Part shown: positions 57,349-64,000 of the stretch, piece after piece
Numbering within the stretch: position 1 is the stretch's first letter
Layout of the letters: every line of letters starts with the position of its first letter
Assembly: GCA_963790025.1 (NCBI GenBank)
Contig: CAWBMP010000005.1
Coordinates: 32,001 to 96,000 of the forward strand
Source of the DNA: Nitrospirota bacterium
GTDB lineage: Bacteria; Nitrospirota; Thermodesulfovibrionia; Thermodesulfovibrionales; Dissulfurispiraceae
Direction: 5' to 3'
Length of the DNA: 64,000 bases
The notes under the pieces: generated by a model
What the model was told of the DNA's origin: nothing
Database searches by the model: none
Seen by the model: only the letters and a program-made list of their open reading frames with translations
Program-made: the position numbers and the translations under genes

Positions 57349-58120
57349 CGCAGGCGTCCGGATCATCTTTATTTTTGTCTGTTCAGCGCTCGTTATTGTT
57401 GCGGGCCCGCTGCATTCTCTTGCCTCGGTCCCCGAGGTCCCGGCCTCTCCTTCCCAATATGTTGAAGATTTGGCCGGCATTATTGACAGTGCGACCAAAG
57501 AGCGTCTGAACGCTTCCCTGCGGGAACTCGAAGAAAAAACTACCGTCCAGATGGTTGTCCTCACTATTCAGAGCCTTAACGGAGACAATATCGATGAGTT
57601 TTCTATCAGGACAGTCGAGAAATGGAAGCTGGGGCAGAAGGGAAAAGACAACGGAGTACTGATGACCGTTTCGCTGCAGGACAGGAAATACCGCATCGAG
57701 ATAGGATACGGTCTGGAACGGGTGCTGCCCGACAGCCTGACTGGATCGATCGGGAGGGCGTATCTGGTCCCCAATTTCAAAAGGGGCGATTACAGTAAAG
57801 GCATCTCTGACACTGTTTTTGCAATAACGCATACTATTGCTGCTGCTGAAGGGGTAACGCTGGCCGGTTCGCCCGCCCCCCAGGTAAATTACGGAAGGAA
57901 GCTGCATACTTTCAGTCCGGTTCATGGATTGTTAATGCTGTTTTTTTTAATTGCGGCTGTAATACTTTTTATCAGGCATCCGGTGCTGTTCACACTGTTA
58001 TTTTTGTCTTCGGGCAGGGGGGGCTGGTCAGGAGGCGGTGGCGGCAGCGGTGGTTTCGGAGGATTCGGCGGAGGCGGCGGTGGAGGATTCGGCGGAGGCG
58101 GCGCGTCTGGCGATTGGTAA
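57314..58120 (+). CDS. TPM domain (YgcG-like) protein with Gly-rich tail
   Basis: YVEDLAGII, WKLGQKGKDNGVL, IEIGYGLE.VLPD, GGFGGGGASGDW. Confidence 0.92.
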   Translation: MWTLLSMRSGFNAGVRIIFIFVCSALVIVAGPLHSLASVPEVPASPSQYVEDLAGIIDSATKERLNASLRELEEKTTVQMVVLTIQSLNGDNIDEFSIRTVEKWKLGQKGKDNGVLMTVSLQDRKYRIEIGYGLERVLPDSLTGSIGRAYLVPNFKRGDYSKGISDTVFAITHTIAAAEGVTLAGSPAPQVNYGRKLHTFSPVHGLLMLFFLIAAVILFIRHPVLFTLLFLSSGRGGWSGGGGGSGGFGGFGGGGGGGFGGGGASGDW

Positions 58121-58188
58121 AAACAGAACCGCAGTTTAATTTTTTATCAGTGTCTCTGTGGTTAATTTTATAAAGAAAGGGAGCAATA

Positions 58189-58764
58189 ATGAATAACACA
58201 TTAAAAGCGGTACTCATCGTAGTTGGTTTCATTGTACTGATTGCAGTGGTGGCAGGCGGATGGGTTGTCGGACAATATAACCATGTTATTTCCATGGACG
58301 AGCAGGTGAAGGCTCAGTGGGCCCAGGTCGACAACCAGTTGAAACGGAGATATGACCTTATCCCGAACCTGGTTGAAACGGTCAAAGGTTTTGCCACTCA
58401 TGAGCGTGAGATATTCGAAAATATCGCGCAGGCGAGGACACAGTATTTTCAGGCCAAGACCCCGGCAGATAAGATCCAGGCCTCTCAGCAGCTCGAGGGT
58501 GTGCTGTCCAGGCTTCTTGTGCTCAGGGAGACCTATCCTCAGCTGAAGGCCAATGAAAATTTTCTGAAATTGCAGGACACCCTTGAAGGTACGGAAAACC
58601 GGATCTCGGTGGAAAGAAAACGCTATAATGAAGCAGTGCAGGCTTTAAACAGTTACAGGAGGAGCTTTGCGGGGAGGTTCGTTGCGGCTATAGCCGGAGT
58701 CGGCGAGGCAAAATATTTCGAGACCCCGGTTGCAGAGCGTGAGACTCCGAAAGTAAAATTCTGA
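58189..58764 (+). CDS. lemA: LemA family protein
   Basis: WAQVDNQLKRRYDLIPNLVETVKG, E.YPQLKANENF..LQ..LEGTENRI.V.R..YN. Confidence 0.95.
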   Translation: MNNTLKAVLIVVGFIVLIAVVAGGWVVGQYNHVISMDEQVKAQWAQVDNQLKRRYDLIPNLVETVKGFATHEREIFENIAQARTQYFQAKTPADKIQASQQLEGVLSRLLVLRETYPQLKANENFLKLQDTLEGTENRISVERKRYNEAVQALNSYRRSFAGRFVAAIAGVGEAKYFETPVAERETPKVKF

Positions 58765-58779
58765 GAAAGAGATAATACT

Positions 58780-59247
58780 ATGAATATCGAGTTCGTGGAT
58801 CCTTTTGTAGCCAGCACAGTCAAAGTATTGGCCACTATGGCCAACACGCAGGCTACACCCGGCAAACCTTTTGTGAAAAGTGACAAAAGCGCAAAAGGTG
58901 ATGTGACCGGCATTGTTGGATTGACAGGCAATAAGGCCAAAGTAAGTTTGGCAATAACCTTTACTGAAGCGGCCATATTGCATATATACGCTGAAATGCT
59001 TGGTGAACATGTCAAAGAAGTTAACGATTCAGTGATAGATTGTGTCGGCGAGATTACGAATATGCTGACCGGGGGCGCCAAGGCAATACTGGCACAAAAA
59101 GGGCATAAATTCGAACTGGCCATCCCTTCCATGATATCGGGCAGGAACCATACGGTATCCCATCACACAACCGGACAAGTGATATGCGTACCGCTCGATA
59201 CACCGGCCGGCAGTTTTTCTATAGAGGTCTGTTATGAAGAAATTTAA
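58780..59247 (+). CDS. cheX: Chemotaxis phosphatase CheX
   Basis: FVDPFV, GDVTGIVGLTG, D.VGEITNM..G, AIPSMI.G. Confidence 0.9.
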   Translation: MNIEFVDPFVASTVKVLATMANTQATPGKPFVKSDKSAKGDVTGIVGLTGNKAKVSLAITFTEAAILHIYAEMLGEHVKEVNDSVIDCVGEITNMLTGGAKAILAQKGHKFELAIPSMISGRNHTVSHHTTGQVICVPLDTPAGSFSIEVCYEEI

Positions 59248-59265
59248 TATGTAAATTTCCCATGT

Positions 59266-60246
59266 TCAGGCCTTGCCGGCCGAGCCGAGAACATTCGTAT
59301 TCTTGGCGATGATGAGCTTTTTCAACTCTTCCCTGGCTATCCCCAAATACTTGCGCGGATCGAATTCCGAGGGGCTTTCAGACAAGACTTTCCGGATCAT
59401 GGCAGTCATTACGAGACGGCCGTCGCTGTCGATATTGATCTTGCACACTGCCGACTTGGCGGCCCGCCGCAGCTGGTCTTCCGGAACGCCGACCGCGTTG
59501 TCCATTTTGCCCCCGAATTTGTTGATCATTGCGACGTAATCCTGTATGACTGACGAGGCCCCGTGTAAGACTATCGGGAAGCCGGGAAGCCGTTTTTCAA
59601 CTTCTTCGAGAATATCAAAGCGAAGCGGCGGACACGACTCGTTCTCTTTTAATTTGAACTTGTAAGCGCCATGAGAGGTGCCGATCGAGATTGCCAGTGA
59701 ATCAACACCGCTTTTTTTCACAAATTCTTCGACCTCATCGGGGTCCGTGTAGTGGGAATGTGCCGCCTGGACGTCATCTTCAATCCCGGCCAATACCCCG
59801 AGTTCTCCCTCAACTGTCACGCCGTACCGGCGGGCGTGTTCCACCACCTGGCGCGTCAATTCTACATTCTTCGCAAAGGAAAGGTGGGAACCGTCAATCA
59901 TGACCGAGGAAAACCCGTAGCTTATACATGATTTGCACAATTCAAAGGAATCACCGTGGTCCAGGTGCAGGGCAACAGGGATGTTGCTGTTGAGGTCTTT
60001 GCGGCACATCTCAACAGCGCCCTGGGCCATGTAGCGAAGTAATGTTTGATTGGCGTATTTTCTGGCGCCGTTTGATACCTGCAGGATGACCGGCGAATTG
60101 CTTTCGGCGCACCCCCCTATAATTGCCTGCAGCTGTTCCATATTGTTGAAATTGTATGCCGGGACAGCATACCGGCCTGCCATCGCCTTCGCAAACATCT
60201 CCCGTGTGTTTACCAGACCCAATTCTTCATATAATTGTTTTGCCAT
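59266..60246 (-). CDS. fba: Class II fructose-1,6-bisphosphate aldolase
   Basis: PAYNFNNMEQ, ALHLDHG, SSVMIDGS, VEGELG, GTSHGAYKF, VLHGAS, KINIDSD, FDPRKYL. Confidence 0.95.
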   Translation of the reverse strand: MAKQLYEELGLVNTREMFAKAMAGRYAVPAYNFNNMEQLQAIIGGCAESNSPVILQVSNGARKYANQTLLRYMAQGAVEMCRKDLNSNIPVALHLDHGDSFELCKSCISYGFSSVMIDGSHLSFAKNVELTRQVVEHARRYGVTVEGELGVLAGIEDDVQAAHSHYTDPDEVEEFVKKSGVDSLAISIGTSHGAYKFKLKENESCPPLRFDILEEVEKRLPGFPIVLHGASSVIQDYVAMINKFGGKMDNAVGVPEDQLRRAAKSAVCKINIDSDGRLVMTAMIRKVLSESPSEFDPRKYLGIAREELKKLIIAKNTNVLGSAGKA

Positions 60247-60356
60247 GATCAATTTTCCCCCATGTGGAATTTTGCGCCGCTAAAAAATCACACTTCTCAT
60301 CACCCCTGATTTCATTACAGGTTATTATAAAGTATGGTTATTGCTTTGAATCACTA

Positions 60357-60390
60357 AAGCACGGTCAGATGATCGCGACTGACCGTGCTT
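60357..60390 (-). terminator. Stem-loop downstream of cstA (probable terminator)
   Basis: Perfect 12-bp stem AAGCACGGTCAG / CTGACCGTGCTT, 10-nt loop; weak U-tract. Confidence 0.55.
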
Positions 60391-60452
60391 ATTGATTGTG
60401 TGATGGGGCCCTATTCTATTTCAAACTTTTGCATTTGATGCCGTGGCAGCGG

Positions 60453-62336
60453 CTATCCCATCCATTTCTCCGATGCCTGCTTCTCCTGGAGGCTCATATC
60501 GGTTTTAAGAGGGAGAAGACATGCCTCACCTTCAATCGGACAAATCACGGATTCACCCCAGATATCCGTAATACGTTCTTTGACCTGGAGGAGTTCATAC
60601 CACTTCTTGAAGGCAGCTATGAACACTATTATCACTAAAGCCATAATGATGACTGACAGTGCGATGAGCAACGTCATGCCCTTCGGCAGGTAATTGGTAG
60701 TAATGTTAAGATATCCGGCGTACAATGTTATATAGGCCATGGCAATGCCCGGCACCGCCGTTATCCACGAGTATCTGGCTTTCCCCATCCGGATAAGCAT
60801 GGTTGTCCCTATTATAAGTGCACTTGATGCGAGGAGCTGATTGCTCATGCCGAAAAGGGGCCATATCGTTGCTATGTCGCCTGTATAGACAAGATATCCC
60901 CATGAGCCGGTAAAGAGTAAACTTGTGATGACTATCCCCGGGATCCATCTTTTTTCGAGGAATTTGGGTATGAATCTGCCGATCATTTCCTGTAGAAAGA
61001 ACCTTCCAACCCTGGTGCCTGTATCAACAGCGGTAAGAATGAATACCGCCTCAAACATGATCGCAAAATGGTACCAATAGGACATCAAACCTTTCATGAA
61101 GGGGATCGACGAGAAAATATAAGACATACCGACTGCGAGCGAGACAGCGCCACCCGGCCTTCCCTGTATCTTTTCTCCTACTGCGAGTGAAAGCTCGGGG
61201 AGATTGACGGGAGCCATGCCGAGCTTCGCAAATGCTGCGGGGGGCGCATTAATGGCAAAGTAGTCTGCAGGGACCAGTACGCATGCCGCAACCAGCGCCA
61301 TAATAGCTACGAAACCTTCGGCGAGCATGGCGCCATATCCGATAAACAGGACGTCCCTTTCATTGCCGATCATCTTGGGCGTGGTACCCGTACCTATGAT
61401 CGCGTGGAACCCTGACAAGGCTCCGCACGCAATAGTGATAAAGACAAACGGGAAAACCGGTCCCGGTATGACCGGCCCGCCGCCACTCACAAACTTTGTA
61501 AGCGACGGCATCAGCAAGGGCGGGTGAACGACGAATATGCCGACTGCAAGGATTGCTATAGTCCCGAGTTTCAAATAAGTCGAAAGGTAATCCCTGGGGC
61601 ATAGGAGCATCCATACCGGGAGAACAGAGGCGATAAACCCATATATGGGGATGATGACGGATATCTGCTTTTTAGTCAGCGTAAAAAAGGATGACAGCAT
61701 CGGGTCGGCTGCAACATAAGGGCCTACCCAAATAGCCAGTGCAAGGAGGGCAACGCCGATAACACTGGCGCCTGCGACGTCTCCTGGTCTTATTTTATGC
61801 ATCCAGAGACCCATCAGGAGCGCAATAGGCATGGTAGCAAATACGGTAAAGGTTCCCCATGCGCTCGAGAACATGGCATTTACAACTGCGATGGAAAGAC
61901 CGGCAAGGGTGAGGAGAAGAATAAACAGGAATGCGACCGAAGCTGCAGCGCCGGCTGTTTTGCCGATCTCACTTTCTGCGATCTTTGCCAGACTCAGCCC
62001 CTTATGCCTCACCGAGGCAAAGAGCACTACCATGTCGTGGACTGCGCCGGCGAGCACGCAGCCGATGATGATCCAGAGTGCGCCAGGCAGGAAGCCGAAC
62101 TGCGCTGCAAGCACCGGACCGAGAAGCGGGCCTGCAGCAGCGATCGCTGCGAAGTGGTGTCCATAAAGAACGAACTTGTTTGTTTTTACATAGTCGATGC
62201 CGTCCGCACATGTGTCAGCCGGCGTCGGACGATCTTTCCTGAGGTTCAGGACCTTGTTAGCAATGAACAGGCCATAAGTACGGTAGGCTATAGCAAAGAT
62301 GCAAAGCGATATAAACACGAGTGTTACGGCGTTCAT
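60453..62336 (-). CDS. cstA: Carbon starvation protein A family transporter
   Basis: DGIDYV.T...VL.GHHFAAIA..GPL.GP, LPVW.LL.PRDYLST, ITIACGALSGFH, IWPLFG.SNQLLA. Confidence 0.95.
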   Translation of the reverse strand: MNAVTLVFISLCIFAIAYRTYGLFIANKVLNLRKDRPTPADTCADGIDYVKTNKFVLYGHHFAAIAAAGPLLGPVLAAQFGFLPGALWIIIGCVLAGAVHDMVVLFASVRHKGLSLAKIAESEIGKTAGAAASVAFLFILLLTLAGLSIAVVNAMFSSAWGTFTVFATMPIALLMGLWMHKIRPGDVAGASVIGVALLALAIWVGPYVAADPMLSSFFTLTKKQISVIIPIYGFIASVLPVWMLLCPRDYLSTYLKLGTIAILAVGIFVVHPPLLMPSLTKFVSGGGPVIPGPVFPFVFITIACGALSGFHAIIGTGTTPKMIGNERDVLFIGYGAMLAEGFVAIMALVAACVLVPADYFAINAPPAAFAKLGMAPVNLPELSLAVGEKIQGRPGGAVSLAVGMSYIFSSIPFMKGLMSYWYHFAIMFEAVFILTAVDTGTRVGRFFLQEMIGRFIPKFLEKRWIPGIVITSLLFTGSWGYLVYTGDIATIWPLFGMSNQLLASSALIIGTTMLIRMGKARYSWITAVPGIAMAYITLYAGYLNITTNYLPKGMTLLIALSVIIMALVIIVFIAAFKKWYELLQVKERITDIWGESVICPIEGEACLLPLKTDMSLQEKQASEKWMG

Positions 62337-62374
62337 AAACGTACCTCCTCCTTATTTAGCCGCGGGTTTATTTA

Positions 62375-62731
62375 CTAAAAAGTAAATACCTTGGATTCTG
62401 ATGCTAATGCAATCATCTTTTTTGCTGTCTCGAACCGGGCCGACTTGACCAGGTCTTCTTGCCCGATATGTCGGGCGTTTGCGCACGGGGTGCAAGCAAG
62501 GATCGGCACCTCTGCCTTTATAAGATAATCCAGCAGGGGTTTCAGTTCATCGCCGGTAGGGGATTTCATATTGTCGGCCATGCCTATTTTAGCAATCGTT
62601 ACCCCATCCTCAAGCAGGAAGACATTTACCTCATGTCCTTCCTCTTTGGCAACTTTAGCCAGGTGGATGCATCGAGTGGCCCTCACAGGATCATCCATCC
62701 CCCGGCTTAAAACAAAAAGAAATTTCGCCAT
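62375..62731 (-). CDS. DsrE/DsrF-like family protein
   Basis: GHEVNVFLLEDGV, ACTPCANAR; AGGAGG RBS. Confidence 0.85.
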   Translation of the reverse strand: MAKFLFVLSRGMDDPVRATRCIHLAKVAKEEGHEVNVFLLEDGVTIAKIGMADNMKSPTGDELKPLLDYLIKAEVPILACTPCANARHIGQEDLVKSARFETAKKMIALASESKVFTF

Positions 62732-62876
62732 TTGAGCCTCCTTTGACGATCCAATCTACTAAAACCATATTATATTACGGCAAAAAAGGCAAGCACTACA
62801 AGCATTATAGTGGCCGATAACAGGCATGAAATATGCAAGTAAATATATTCAAATTTTATCTATTTAAAATACCCTC

Positions 62877-62905
62877 TTGACTTTAAACAGGATAAGATTT
62901 ATCCT
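62877..62905 (+). promoter_or_regulatory. Putative sigma70 promoter overlapped by a perfect 7-3-7 palindrome
   Basis: TTGACT - 17 nt - TATCCT; AGGATAA-GAT-TTATCCT at 62889-62905. Confidence 0.5.
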
Positions 62906-63008
62906 ATATTTAAGAGTGATAGTCCAGGTTGTTATTTTACCGGGGCGGTAGTAATGCTGTGGCAGGCAGACAGCATGATATAGTGGTTATATCTAAAAGG
63001 AGGAAGCC

Positions 63009-63326
63009 ATGGCGAGCGCAAGAAACATAAAAGACATTAGAAGCTACTGTGACGTGGTATTCGGCGAACTTACGGACATGAAAGCCAGTATACTTGGCCT
63101 GGTGGGAGACATCGAGTTGATGCAGGGGCATGACAAAGAGTTGGTGGGGTCCCATTCAAGGCATCTCCGTGATATTGCTAATACTATTGACTGGAAGCTT
63201 GAAATTCTCACGAAGGCGTGCCCTGCAGATTGGATGAAATATTCTGCAGGTGCTGAGAGCGTATCAGTGCAAGAGCCTGGAAGGTTTGCCAGGGAGTTCA
63301 CGTCACCCGGCGATTTCGGCGGATAA
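63009..63326 (+). CDS. Hypothetical protein
   Basis: AGGAGG RBS, 105 aa, helical, followed by a terminator. Confidence 0.75.
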   Translation: MASARNIKDIRSYCDVVFGELTDMKASILGLVGDIELMQGHDKELVGSHSRHLRDIANTIDWKLEILTKACPADWMKYSAGAESVSVQEPGRFAREFTSPGDFGG

Positions 63327-63363
63327 GCAGCAGCTGAAATTAGGATTCGGAAAAAAACGAAGG

Positions 63364-63394
63364 AAATGGCGGGAGTTGGTCCCGCCATTTTTTT
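63364..63394 (+). terminator. Rho-independent terminator
   Basis: AAATGGCGGGA-gttgg-TCCCGCCATTT followed by a T run. Confidence 0.85.
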
Positions 63395-63497
63395 GTAGCC
63401 GAGGATTGTGAGCTGATTTACGGCGCTTTAAACTGCTGTGATATAATTAATGGCTGTACTATGCCGAATACGAGTTCGTGAGGGTAACGGGCGGGTA

Positions 63498-64000
63498 ATG
63501 AGTTCCAGTGGGCGCATAGCACGGGCGGCAGGTGTGATGTCTGTCGCCACTTTGATTAGCCGGATACTTGGTTATATCAGGGATATGATCGTTGCAGGAT
63601 ATTTTGGAGCGACCGGCACCGCTGATGCTTTTTATGTTGCTTCCAGGATTCCCAATCTGCTAAGGGACCTTTTTGCCGAGGGTGCGACGTCTTCGGCATT
63701 TGTTCCCGTCTTGACCGAATGCCAGACCCGTTCGGGGTACAAGGAGGCAAACAAACTCGTCAGTTCGACTTTTTTGTTTATTCTCCTTGTTGTCGGGATT
63801 ATCTGTATTGCAGGTGTAATTTTCGCTCCGGCGATCGTTGTTATAATAGCTCCGGGATTTCTCAAAGACCCGCAGAAACTGTCGGAAACAATTTTCCTTA
63901 CGAGGATCATGTTTCCTTTTCTGATGTTTATCAGTCTTGCTTCACTTACCATGGGAGCACTCAACACCCGTAAGGTCTTCTTTATACCGGCCCTTGCTCC
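63498..64000 (+). CDS. murJ: Lipid II flippase MurJ (MviN), partial at window edge
   Basis: MSSSGRIARAAGVMSVATLISRILGYIRD...FGA...ADAFYVASRIPNLLRDLFAEGA...AFVPV; absent from the ORF track because it runs off the end. Confidence 0.93.
   Translation, partial: MSSSGRIARAAGVMSVATLISRILGYIRDMIVAGYFGATGTADAFYVASRIPNLLRDLFAEGATSSAFVPVLTECQTRSGYKEANKLVSSTFLFILLVVGIICIAGVIFAPAIVVIIAPGFLKDPQKLSETIFLTRIMFPFLMFISLASLTMGALNTRKVFFIPALA

Noticed and set aside
58018..58110. GGC-rich repeat
   Set aside because: Encodes the normal Gly-rich tail of TPM proteins
58189..58764. LemA as magnetosome protein MamQ
   Set aside because: Generic LemA-TPM context with no other mam/mad genes
62375..62731. Selenocysteine readthrough in the DsrE-like protein or other TGA-terminated genes
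   Set aside because: DsrE is complete with CxxC, and I saw no TGA interrupting a conserved domain
62813..62820. Perfect GCCGATAA sigma28 -10
   Set aside because: No TAAA -35 at the correct spacing

Overview
Gene-dense bacterial chromosomal window with about 55 CDS and one tRNA-Leu(CAG). I found no rRNA, CRISPR array or prophage. The gene content (HARP, GlnRS, DsrE, CheX, HDOD, many PAS kinases and MCPs) would fit a motile anaerobe such as Nitrospirota/Thermodesulfovibrionia or Desulfobacterota; this is an inference, not a determination. Core blocks: radical SAM genes, fumC, ACT-malic enzyme, a liv ABC operon with acuB, rsfS-rlmH-lapAB-like-HARP (protein-only RNase P), glnS, a TetR-controlled double tripartite efflux operon, pstS and pit-DUF47, an HDOD/REC-PP2C-kinase/STAS/MCP partner-switch cluster, NTase-like/TPM/LemA/CheX, fba, cstA, dsrE and murJ (partial). 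The most unusual signals are largely outside the ORF list: (1) a Y1 HUH (RAYT-like) transposase bounded by 28-43 bp inverted repeats, which truncates a response regulator, with solo GGGGTCAG copies elsewhere; (2) several families of short tandem-repeat palindromes, one inserted in frame and apparently forming part of a lipoprotein signal peptide; (3) a probable ATA start codon for rsfS; (4) a catalytically eroded NERD domain and an eroded nucleotidyltransferase-like domain; (5) a frameshifted giant PAS/GAF kinase and a trmO relic between 25-bp direct repeats. All family assignments come from recognising motifs by eye; no database searches were run, so novelty is unverified.
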